NCBI GenBank assembly: GCA_030141605.1 | Contig: JAQGDQ010000008.1 | Span: 1,364,001-1,428,000, forward strand | Direction: 5' to 3' | Length of the DNA stretch: 64,000 nt | DNA from: Tubiluchus corallicola | Taxonomy: Eukaryota > Animalia > Priapulida | Part shown: positions 26,275 to 39,000 of the stretch, piece after piece | Position numbering within the stretch: the first letter of the stretch is position 1 | How the letters are laid out: every line of letters begins with the position of its first letter | Made by a program: the position numbers and the translations under genes | Notes under the pieces: generated by a model | Told to the model about the DNA's origin: nothing | Database searches by the model: none | The model's input: only the letters and a program-made list of their open reading frames with translations

Positions 26275-26740
26275 CAGTAGGCGCCATTTATTAGACTCAC
26301 GGTTAATAGAATCAGTCATCTAACTGACTCAAAAACACCTGGTTTGGGCCGTTCTTATTTAAATGTATGTATATACAAACTGTCGGCCATTGATTCAAAT
26401 AACTCTGCACAATTGACTCAATATTCTTGCTTCACATGCTTAAAGTAAGATACTCGTGTGTGACTAATGAGCTCTTACTAGTTTTATGTCACCTTAGTTC
26501 GCTTTTGTGCGCTATAATATATGTAAAGACAATCATGTTAAGTACCATTTTGTTTGTAAGTAAGTACAATTATCACATGCTAATATGCTAGCATAGCAAC
26601 ATTACTTCATTTCTAAAATTCATTAAAAACATTTGCAATGCGTACTAAGTTGATGATTCATACATCTATACCAGTAACATTACGCTTGTCGGTCAATTGG
26701 GTCAAAACACCACAGTCCTAACATTTTGCAGCATCTACTG
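26275..26740. mobile_element. Tc1/mariner-pogo-type MITE
   Basis: TA|CAGTAGGCGC...GCATCTACTG|TA: imperfect TIRs with TA flanks. Confidence 0.55.
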
Positions 26741-28912
26741 TATCAAAATAAGCTTAACTTCCAGAGAGCTTTGACTTTTGCTTTAAGACCGTATAGTTAC
26801 AATGTAAGTGTTAAGCCTCTTACTAGAGTGGTCCTTTGTGGAGTCAACCCCTAGTTCAAGATCCAAAAACACGACTGTCTTACCCATATTATACAGCCTG
26901 AGTGACTTTACTAAAAGTTCACAAGCACTCATTTGAGTACGTAACTCAAGTGATGATGTTTTTCGTATAAATATTTTTCTTTAAAAGTGACTCCAGTTAA
27001 AAAAATCTGGCAGTTTATTAGACTACCACTGGAAAAGTGGAAATGTGAATTCTCTGCTGAGCTTACTCAATTCATGTCTAATTTTGTGCAGTTATTTCAA
27101 AACTACTCACTTGAGTCCATTTCCATCATCCCAAAAGTAATATTTGGAGTTCATACTTCTGTAATCTAAAACCGCATTTTCACCACGCTGAATAATTTTG
27201 TCCCATAAAACAACTTGATTAAGAACCTGTAGAAGTAAACAACATCAAGCATATTTCTTATTTACAGTGACATGATTTTGATATAAAAACTTCAGCCACC
27301 TCTAATAATAAAAAAAAGACAAAACTGTACCATGGCAACCAAGATTTCAGAAGTAAAATCAGTTTTTAATGTTCTTTGGCATTGTTACTTTACTGATTTA
27401 TGACTTCGTAGATTCTGCTTTTGTCCATACTTACCACCTAGCAAAATTTGCTATACTTTATTCTGGTTTAAAATTCTTATTTCTACTGGCAACTAAGTCC
27501 ATTCTTTAAGAAATCAGGTCAATTTGTCGGTAAAATTGTTGGAAAACTCATGCCAACTTATTTTCATGAAATAGCTCTTTATATTTTTATTTGAGTAATA
27601 TTTATTTGAAAATAAAGCCTTAAACAAAATATGTCGCGTTACAGAAATCCAATTCTCGAGCAATCAATTATGCAGTTCTTAGGAGTCATTTTCTGTGGTG
27701 TCCTACTTCTTGTTGTTACGCGTTAAAAATAGTGCTTTACAAGTCACATTCGGGTGAGAAATAATTATATTGTCCAATACTTTTTTGCTTGCTTAGTTAC
27801 TTAGTTAAACTACATTAAAAAGTCACTAACAATGGCCAGTTGTTATGTCATGTTTTCTCCAAGTGTGCACTCAGCAAAGTGAAATAGCTGAACTGTTCAT
27901 AACAACTGGATGAAATACCAAAAAAACCGTAACACACCTCAACGGCATTGTTCTATCATGTATAGACCAGTAATCATAGTCAATTTAATTCTAGTAAATT
28001 GTAATAAGCTGACAGAGGAGGTACAGGAGCATGTGGTAAATGTCAGACAATAATTATTAGACTTATTGTGTAAAATGAGACAACATTACATGTGTGTTTT
28101 GTGCATACATACAAGATAAAAACTTTTGTTTAAGATCAGTAATTTTAGCGATTTGATTCTTTCTTTATTACGTGATAAAAATTTAAAATCCTCCAATGAA
28201 AGTAATTTTGCTCTGAAATGTTACAATTGCAACAAGAAACAACACAACTTTTTACCCTTAATGCCTACAGCATTTGATCAGCCTTTCCTATTTTGAAAAT
28301 AAAAGGTATCATTCATTTATATAACTTACATTGTTGTCTGTTTCATACTCTGCAGTCAAATACAAGAAAATCTGCTTCACATTCCAATTAAACAATGAGG
28401 TCAAATGTATGGTTAGTTAAGGAAAGTCTTTAATTTTATATTGGAATGCAATGGAAGTCGTTTGACATTTGTTTTTTCCTTCAAGGAGTTTGCCGATTAT
28501 TGACTACACATTACTGTTGTGTCTTTAGGCAGTAACATACGGTAGGTAGAACAAGTTTTTACTGTGTGGAAATTTAAATCAAATAATAAACAGCAGAGAA
28601 AAGAATATTATGAATTTTAAACAAGCTGCAATTTATGAATCTCACCTCTGACAACTACATGAGGTAATAATGTTTCAAATTCCAACTGAATTCATTATCA
28701 ACAAGTCAAGATAAAGATCTCTTTTGTGAAATGTAATTGTGCACTAAATAAATCATTAGACTAAATCAATGGGTGGTACGCAATAGTGCAGCTAATTATT
28801 AAATACAGCACACTTAAGAAGCGAATTGAAACAGATAAAAGCTTTCTTACAAGAGTCTAAGAAAAATATTTAGTGAAACAAACAGCATGTTGTGTATTGC
28901 TAATGGCCTGTA

Positions 28913-29518
28913 CAGTAAGTCCACGCTTAACAATGCTAATGTGTTCCAGCAAAATACAACGTTAAACGAAACCAAGACTACGTTCTAGAGTTTTACTCAA
29001 TGTTTCTACTGATTAATTTCTTTCTGCTCGCTTGAAACCTCCTATATATCTTACTTACCTAGCTAGCGGGTTCTCTTTCGTTGATGTTTAAGTCTAGGCA
29101 GCAGTTAAACAATAAAGCCAAAGTCAAAGCCAAGCCCTGGGGCGATCTTAGAAATTTTATCTCAGTCTGGTTGCTATAGCAACAAGTTACAGGCAAAATT
29201 TCTTCCCATGAAGTTTGTTGTACGGTCTCGCTTGATACCAACGGCAGACAGGAAGCAAAAATGAATGTACTTGCCCAATAATTGAAGTGTTTACGTTACT
29301 AATGCGTGTTTAGAACAAAATAACACAATATGTACTGTTTCAATGCATCAAATTAAATAAAAAAGTTGTTGATAAAATAAAAATTGGCTTTGAGCAAAGT
29401 AAAAAAATCATTGTTATAGTGAAACGGTGCATCGTTAAGTGAAAAAGTGTCAAATGTTAAAAAGCGTCGTTAAAACGAAATGTCGCTAAATGGGGAATCG
29501 TGAAGCGAGGACTTACTG
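28913..29518. mobile_element. Tigger/pogo-like MITE family A, copy 1
   Basis: TA|CAGTAAGTCCACGCTTAAC...GTGAAGCGAGGACTTACTG|TA. Homologous along its length to 39681-40320 and 60298-61003. Confidence 0.88.
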
Positions 29519-30223
29519 TATATACTTGTCTGATAATGTCTGTTTCAAGCAATTTTGTCTTGTGTTTGGTTAGTAGTTTCAACAGCACTGGTTAGTCTTA
29601 TTTATGTTTGTTAACAGAGTTAATTGAAAGGATATCTGCTTGAAGATCAAAGGTAACAAAACCGAGATCCAACTTTTCCCGAGTTGTGCTATAATCTGGC
29701 ATCATCCTTCTACAAAACAAAAACGTGCCAAATCTAATTATACAGTAAAATATATAACAGTACTACAGTAAAAATTATTTTAATATAATGACAAATTGAA
29801 AGCCTCTTCAAATTTAACAGCGAACAAAAAAAACGAAGTCATTATACATTCCTTTAGTAAAACTAAAGAAGTGAGATCTAAAACCAATTTCTACTCAGCT
29901 TGTTTCGAAATAAATTTTCTGTAGCACAAAATCTGCCTTGCTGCATTTCTTCAAAAACAATGAAGAATATTGTAGAAGCATTAACATACAAATTACAGTA
30001 TTGTTATACATGGGGGAATGTTCAGCGGTTCAGTCTTGATCCTCGTTGCAATTCATCAAGGGACGACTGCAGGATCTATATTCACTGTATGCAGCAACAA
30101 TGTACAGGACAAGATGGTACAAAAAGAGGCCGTAGATGGGGATGTCGAACAACAGCGTACATCCTACGTAATCCACAAACTTAGTACAAATGAAAATAAG
30201 AAGTCAAGATTAGGTCAACTAAC

Positions 30224-30936
30224 GGCGCTATTACACTTTTGCACCTCCTACTTTTTTCTGGCCTATTGTTTGTTTTCACGCCTGCAGGCCAGAAAGTAGA
30301 CCAACAGGCGTAATACACACCAGATTCTCATAATATTATAGGTTTTTAAGCGTTACAATTCCAGATTAAAGTCATACATTACTTACCGTCACCAACACAC
30401 AAGAAGCTCCACATTGAATAACTGTGTTTACACACTAATGCGCAATCGCTGTCGCGCAGTGACGTCTGCTTAACCTGTATTTTTAGTTTCTTCTTCACTG
30501 TATAGTCAGACCCAAACTGGCATATACGAGGAAATTATTTTAAACGACTACAGTTATTTATCATTAATTTTATTTATTACTGTAGTATTATTATTTATTA
30601 AATTATAAAAGTAAAGGTTTTTTCTTTATTTCGTAAAAGCGGTTAAGATAAAAGTGTGTCACGTGTTTTTTAAGTTAGGCCCTGATAATGCATAAACTAG
30701 TACGAAATTCGTCACGTGACTACACACATAAACATGATGGCGATACGAACTGTATAGTGTACAACTGTGAATTCAACGCAATTATTGGTAATTATACACT
30801 AAATATACGAGTAAATTACAACGAGATTATCGGAAACATTCACTGATGACGTGAGAATAATAGAATAATGACCGACGAGCCTAGAAACGAGTAATTACCT
30901 AGAAAAAACTAGGAGGTGCGAAAGTGTAATAGCGCC
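30224..30936. mobile_element. Non-autonomous Merlin element (713 bp)
   Basis: TIRs of about 36 bp: GGCGCTATTACACTTTTGCACCTCCTACTTTTTTCT and AGAAAAAACTAGGAGGTGCGAAAGTGTAATAGCGCC. Perfect 9-bp TSD TCAACTAAC (30215-30223, 30937-30945). GG termini and an 8-9 bp TSD are typical of Merlin. Confidence 0.9.
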
Positions 30937-31049
30937 TCAACTAACTTCTATTACAACTTACACAACTGTTTTCGCAGTACTCATAGCTACTGTTGTCCTG
31001 TAGTCATTAAATGCCGTTGTTAAAAAACACAAAAATGTTAAACCTGCCA

Positions 31050-31230
31050 ATGTACTTAAAGTAAACGCAAAAATCGCGTTAACTCGTGACAAAAGTGTAT
31101 TCATGTTGTTAAGCAAGTTTAAGCAACGTGTAAAAAGAAAAGTTAGATTATCAAATATCTCAATATCAGAAATCTTCAAGCCACCCAAGTTCACACATGC
31201 TGCCCTCTCTTTTCTAATTTCAAAAATTTT
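31050..31230 (-). mobile_element. Possible old L1/Tx1-type LINE fragment
   Basis: KIRKERA...GGLKISDIEIFDNL resembles the post-RT GGL.I.D motif of L1/Tx1 ORF2. Short and degraded. Confidence 0.35.
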
Positions 31231-32145
31231 AGTCCTTTAGCAGCATAAATATTGTTTGGTTTTTATTGTAAGATGTGTGAGCCGGTGTTATTCCGGAAGC
31301 AGTGCTGACAGCCTCCTGGCAGAGCGGTGTTTAGTGTTTGTTTCGTTTTATGTCAGATTTTTCTTACTTTTAAGTTCCCATTTTTGTTTAATAATTATTA
31401 ATGTCCTGTTGCCTTCTTCTCAAGGTAACATTCCCGCTATTTCCCAGTTTACCACTATCCGTAAAAACGAGAGTATGTTGAATGTAGATTTAGAAGTTCT
31501 GATTCTGAAAACCAAGAATTACGTCTATAATGAAAATGACTGTTGAAAAAATATGATTATTTTCAAAATGGATTTTTAAATCATCAATCTGTACATAACA
31601 CGTCAGTATTATTTATTATCTCTTTCTTTCTTGTGCCACAGATATAATAATGCAGCTGTAAATAATTTAGATAATATATTAAATGTATGACACATCCAGC
31701 AAAAAGTGAACTGTTGTCTGTGTGTTTTAGTAAGTGTTTGAGACCCATTGGAAACAAGTAACAGCTTTTTACTTTATGGGTATGCATTTGTGATGTCTAG
31801 ACTGCTATTTGTCATCTATTTTTTGCAATGCACTGTATGCGTCAGTGTAAACTGCTTTTTCAAGCTTCTGCTTAGCAAGAAATTTTTTATAAAATGTTTG
31901 CTGAATAACAACGCCAGTAAACAAGAGCTGAGACGAAGCAAATTAACATAAGTGACTCAGAAAGAAAGGAAACACACATATTATAGTGGCGTTTGTGTGG
32001 CACGCAGATGCGGATGCACGTTCTAGTACGGCACAACCTGCGGAAAAAATCAATAGGACATACGCAGGCTACATTGAAAACAATATAAACCGATTTCATC
32101 TACTCCGCACCTACCAAAACGCATTCGCATGCTACATAAACGACA

Positions 32146-32436
32146 GGGTGAGTTCAGACTAGCTAGTTTTCTGTCCAACAGCAAGTGTGAACTGCTTTAC
32201 GAGTTATTGTCGGCAAGTTATCGCAAACTCTCTGACAGTTGCTGCGCGTTGATTTTCAGTGAGTCATTGTTTAGTGTGAACGCCTCGGCGTGCTACTCTC
32301 AACACTTCTCGCATGAATAGAATTGAATGTCAGCTCGTGCTTACTGTCGGAGATTTACTCGCAACAAGTTTTGCTCACTAGTCTAAACATACTTGCGCGT
32401 TATTTGGCGAGAAAATAGGCTAGTCTGAACGCACCG
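32146..32436. mobile_element. PIF/Harbinger-like MITE
   Basis: TIRs GGTGAGTTCAGACTAGC and GCTAGTCTGAACGCACC. The TSD is not clean. Confidence 0.55.
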
Positions 32437-35400
32437 TAACTTCTCGTAACAAAGTTGTAGTAATTATTAAGCAGTGTCCAGAAAGTTGCAGCTTCTATGG
32501 TAGTCTCATGCTTGGAAAAAATCAACCCGTATCAACGACATAATTATGGCACTCAGATAAATACATTTAATGGAATTATGGAACACAGGCATTTGAAAGT
32601 GATCCGACCCATAACTGTTGTCATAAACAGCGACAAAATTATATATAAACAAAAACAATACACATCACAATAATTCAAAGCTGCTTTATTAGCAAGAACT
32701 TGAAGCATACAATTTATTACGTTCAAATGAGTGAAAAGTTTATTGATTTACCAAAATTTCATTTTGTGAGCTACAGGTCCGTTTCGTTCAATTATCACAA
32801 TTGCAAATGATGTCAAATATGAGATTTTTTTACATTAGGCTTTTCATACAAAAATATAATTCCCGTAGTCTTAAATTAGTAAAATGGGTAAAATCTAGAT
32901 GGCTGCAACGAAATTACAGCCATGCCACATGTACAAAGATTAGGATGATTTAAATAGAAAAATTAAAATAAACTTATAGTTTCGCAGAAATTGAATTGCA
33001 ACTGCATTGGCAAAATAGTAAAAAGTTATTCCTACTAAAATACAACAATAGAAGAGTAGGCAACCTAATATGGGTACGCCTATGCCCTAAAAGCACTAGA
33101 ACATCAATTCCATACTACAAAACATACTTGCAGGTTTGTCATGCTAATGAAATCTTATAGGCACATACACACACATACATACATACGCTACAAAAGACAC
33201 ATCAGGCACAGTGAAAGCTTCTACCAATACAAAGGCACAATTACAGTCAATTTAATTCTACAATTAGCAGTCAAAAAATAATACAAGCCTGAAATTGTGT
33301 GAGGCAATTATCAGCAAAACTTGCTAGTAATTAGACAATCACAATAATAGTAACATTTGGCAGTGCTAAAAGTCTAAGTATGTAAATGCAAGCACTCACC
33401 GGTTTATGTTAATCACAAGAGAAGTATATAAAGAAAATATTTTTGTGCTAAAAGCAGTACAATTTCCACAATATATAATATACTCTAATATATCTCATAA
33501 CACAAAAGACAAATTTTACTACAGTAGCTGCCGATTAAAAATAATTGTCAAATATTCGCTAAGCAATAAAGTATTAGATTATAAAATGATAACAAGATGT
33601 CCAGTTTGGCTAAATAAAAAGCTCTTGAGAATTACATAATTACAACTTTAGAAACAATAGCTGAAGAAATGATATCAGCAAGTACAGGGTGCTCTAAAAG
33701 AAAAATACTCTTTTCCCGTTAAGGAATATTTCAAAATGTTACTGGAAAGCGTAAGTCACAGAACTTTGACACTGAAATAAATGCTTCTAAAACAAGTCAA
33801 AACATAAATTTATGAGACATGTCTAAAATTTAGTAGCAAGTGATACCATGTGGTTCAATGCAACTGCTGTTTTCCAGTTTCAGAAATAATCAATCTCAAA
33901 TATGCACTGAGACTTATGCAACAACCATTGTTTCAGTTTAAAAAAATCGATTTCACACAGGCACTGAGATTTGTGTAGCAATCACTCTTCTAAGAAAACA
34001 GTAAAAAAAGAAATACTTTTATGGTTGAATTGACAATGAATAAAAATCAATAATATAATCTATGTAGATATCATTCTAATAGTAAACAGCTAAATCACAG
34101 TATTGTGTACTTTGAGTAATAATTTCAGTATAATTAGTTTTTATTAAATTTTGTGCAAAAAATACAAAAATTCAAAATAAACTTATTTATAGTATACGAT
34201 TTAGCAGAATTCTCAATAAATGATCTATATGTTTCAAGAAGTAAAAACAAATCACACAATTGTAGAAATAATTTAAATTATAAAAATAATATCTGGAATT
34301 TGTTGTGCTGCCAATGGTAAAACTATATAGAATTTTCAAATCATAACCATCATTGCACTTTTCAATATAACAGCATTTCTGTATGGAAACTGAACAATCA
34401 AATACTTTCTTTAACCTTTTAACAATAAAGGAACTAAACATTGCTGTTTAGTGATTTTATACTGATAATTGTTGTGCCCTCAAAATAAATGCTATGTATT
34501 AAAGATTGTCAACCTCGGGTATAAGGTACTCGCTTATAAGGGACCACCGGTCCCGATTTTTCGTAACGTTTTTCCTATGTAAAAATCTTCGTATATATAG
34601 TAAATAGTTACAGAATAGCAAAAATATATACATAAAAACTGTTTAAATATAACAGTGAGAAATGAATCAAGCCATTTAGGCATAATCACCGCTCATACTA
34701 CGACTTACAGATATCGAATGGATAGTGATGATATGCATTCAGACTATTTTATTCAATCTTTAACTTTGATTGAAATATTATTTACACAAAATTGGTCAAA
34801 TGTTACATTACAGTGCCTCATGTAACAAATCACCATTCAGCAATGATTCATTTTAACAAGAATGAACTTTTGGCACATTTTTCTCAATTAATGACATTTG
34901 GGCGCAGTTTTAACAACAAATTGTTGGCCTTACTTTACGCTGTTAAGTATTGTTGCTATGTCAGCACTCTGTAATCCAGAATGAAAGAAAAAATGTTAAA
35001 CACCAACAAACTTTTTAACTTTTATCTGCCAACTGTTCACGAACCAACGAAGAAAACCAACATGTAAAATTTGGATTTAGAATGCAAAACATTTAAAGTA
35101 AAATTCATTTTAAGGTCATTACAGAATGTTAGGCATCACCAAAGTTCTTTACTGATATCTGTCAACTGTTCACAAACAAGTAAAGAAAAACCAATGTTTA
35201 ACAACAAAGTTAAAACAGCTAGGCTTGAAAAGTTTGATTTATATGAGTTAAATGAAGACTTACTGTATACACAAACTAACATTGTATTTATTGCACATCT
35301 TGCAAGAAACATGGCATACATTGACCATTTTTGTTTTAGCACATAGCATACGATTTGCTACCCAAACAATAAAAAAATCTGATAAAGTGATCATCCTTAG

Positions 35401-36010
35401 TAATGTTTAACTGCCACATTATGCCCATCGGATTAACTCCAACAAGAGAAAATTAAAAAATTAAGTAAAAGATGTCAAATAAAAACTTAACATAAAGTAA
35501 ATGAAAACTAAATCAAATAAAAAAACTAATGACTATATAGACGTGAACAATCTGAAAATTGTCTAAAAGTTACCATTGTTCTGCCCAGAAGGTAGTTGGT
35601 GGTAAAGATGGAGTAGGGTGCCAACTGGTGATAGAGTAAAACACCGCAATCAAAACTTTAAAAACGGCACTTACAGATTTTGCCAGGTGCACATCATTAA
35701 TGATCACCACCGTTTCTCTACACATCTAGAGTTTTGCATGAATCTACTTAATTACATCTACCTGGTGCAGACAACACTGACACTATAGATCCTAATTTGT
35801 AGCCATCTCATCTAGCAAATCTCTTAAGGCAGACACCTCTATAAAAAGTATTTTTACAACTGTTCATACGCGACTTCTTTATACACATACAAAAACTAAA
35901 ATATGATTAATTTTTATTATCACGGATAAAAACATAAACTATTTTACAGAGATTAGTAATAACTGGCACTTCAAAAAGTCCACCATGCTACTAACAGAAA
36001 TAGACTGACC

Positions 36011-39000
36011 TCAACAATTTTTACTTTTCCACGAGTCATCATCAACCTCATCACATATTAATGATTCCTTATAATCTTTTTCCTCAGAGGAGGTCAGACC
36101 TAGTATAGAAACATCCGGGCTGCTCACATATTCAGTTTCACATGGCTGTTCACTGTTAAAAACACACGAATCTAAATCCCCACTCAGATTTCGATTCACA
36201 CGACCAATGGGCTCCACAGTTCTGGCACGTTCTTCAACAATGTTAACATTAATGTTATCTCGATTTTTGGTTACTTCAAGCACAACCTATAAAAAACAGC
36301 TTATTTTAGGCTTATATAAAAGATACATAAAAAACATTAATAGTTTATATGGCAAAAACACTGGAGCACTTTTAAATCGTAATAGACAACAAACTTAATT
36401 GTTCTTACAAAACACTTTATCCTAAAATGGCTTGTGCATCTGTTCAGCTTTAGAAATACTTTCCCATATTAGTGATCTGGATTTATTTAGTTTTGTAAAA
36501 TGTAAAAATCTTATGTTAACAAAACAAGAGCACATTTTCTTTTATAATTCTTGACAACCAGATAAATATGCGAAGCTGTCTAACAGTACCTTAAGAGTAG
36601 GACCTCCATCTTGTTCGTTAATTTTACTTGCACATTTCCTAAGTACGGGCATCAGTGAAACACTGTAAAAAGCATAGAAAATTCATTTTAATCAAACTAC
36701 AGTTTTCCAGACAAAATAGGATTCACAACCATACATTGAGACAAACAATACAGCAGAAAAAAACCAAAAAAACAACTACCTCTTGACAATAAAAAATTAT
36801 TGTGGTATGCAAAGTTTTACAGACTACAGACATGTACTACATGTACTTTACATGTACTACAGACAAGAAGCATAAGTATACATCATAAAATCATAAAGCT
36901 TGCTTTATCGTCTTCTACTCTAAGATAACTGTTGATCTTGATGCATTAATTGCTCGAACTGAATGTACAGTCTTGATTTGACAAAAAATAGTAGCAGATT
37001 GCATCACTGCATGGCTTTTTTAGGGTCTAGAGTCTAGACCTGAGCTAAAAAGTCTCATCAAACAAAACAATTTTATAGGTTAAAGGAAGACAGGATGATT
37101 TTTCATATACTACCCCATTTTCAAGTCCGAAAAAAGTATACATTTTAACACAGTTAATACTGCAAAAGCGTTTCTAATAATTAAATAATAGATTAAAAAC
37201 CTAATTAATGGCGGGTGAGCCCAACTATTGATGACATCACAAACCAACATAATTTTCAACAGCAAAAATATTCCACGAACGTATTGCATGTGTTTGTGAA
37301 AGTGAAAATTGAAGTACAGTGTTACTGTAAGAAATTCTGTGTGTTGTACTAAAACTAGGCAAGTTTTAAGATAAAAATTCAAATTCCAAATTTACAACTG
37401 TGCTCACGCACAAGCTGTCGAACGTGTGTAGTTCGTCGCAAACTAACACATCTGAACTGAAAGGTACAGCACCTGTTTTTGTGCAATGTGTTTTCGAAAT
37501 GCAGGCGCTGGTGCCCGTCTAACTAGAGAATGGTCAAATGCATGTAACAGCGAAGAACTAGTGGCGCAAACAAGAAATTGTGTTTGTGTGGTAATATTTC
37601 TTTTTCGAAAAATTCCTTTCAATATTTTAAAGAGTAGATTGTTTTGACCTACAGTTTAAGATTGGGTCCAGTTTTACTTTAACAAACAGTTCATAAAAAA
37701 TGTTCAAAATACCAATAATATTTTTTCTTCATTCAGTAAGAATATAGTTGCCAAATTATCAATTCTTTTGTTGTTGATAATTTGAAATACATATTAAAAA
37801 TAGGTATATCATTTTTATATCATCTTATAAGTTGTAACTTATACAATAACCTAGCTAAATATATGTACATTAAAGTCCTTTTTTTCAAGTGAGAACTATG
37901 TACATTAAAGTCCTGTTTTCAAGTGAGAACTATGTACATTAAAAGTCCTGTTTTCAAGTGAGAATTATGTACATTAAAGTCTTGCTTTCAGGTGAGAACT
38001 ACGTACATTAAAGTCCCGTTTTCAAGTGAGAACTATGTACATTAAAGTCCTGTTTTCAAGTGAGAACTATGTACATTAAAGTCCTGTTTTCAAGTGAGAA
38101 CTATGTACATTAAAGTCTTGTTTTCAAGTCAGAACTCTGCATATCTGTACATTCAAAGGACTGCTAATACCATGGTTCCACTAATTAATATTAAGACTCA
38201 CCAGAAAGCATCATTAATACAAATACTCACCGAGTATTAGACGGAGAAGACTCCTGTACTGGATGTTTTAATGACTGATGTTGATCTTCCTCTTGTATTT
38301 CTGCAATGCAAATGTTTGTTAATTAACAATTTTGTCATTACAGCTGCCAAATGATCAGCTTGTACATATAAAATAACAAACAATAGGTTGAGCTGATTAA
38401 CCATTACTATACTTCTGCCATTACAATATGTTGCACATAACGGTATGTTAATGTGCTAAATTCTCTAAACCTACTATTTTATTTCGTACCTAAAATTTCA
38501 AAAGACAGTGAGCCTGTTTATTTATCACTGTTTCACTAAGCACTAGCTCTCCCCATTTAGTGCATAATGGCAAGCTACAAAATTTACACTCTAAATGAAT
38601 TTTTTCATAGATATGCTGAAAACAATTAAATAAACAGCGATAAAGATATACATGTCAATGCAAGAAAAATCAATATCTTAACACTCTGCAAAGAAAAACC
38701 AACAAGCTAACATTTGTTTGATGATCAATGCTAAAAACTGGTTATTTTATTTGAAAGTTGACACATACCAACTCTGTCTTCATCATCTTGTACTGGTTCT
38801 GGACAGCTTTCTTTTATTCCTCCATTCAACTAAATAAAACTATATTATTAGCCTATTATACAGCAGCCAAACATTACAAGATGTTGTGTTTTGATCCACA
38901 GATTAAGGATCTTACTGCTGTTAGATAGGCCTTTTCTGCTCTTTCAGCAAAGACACATCACAAAAAACGGCAGACAAAACACAGTGCTGCTGGGAGGCAT

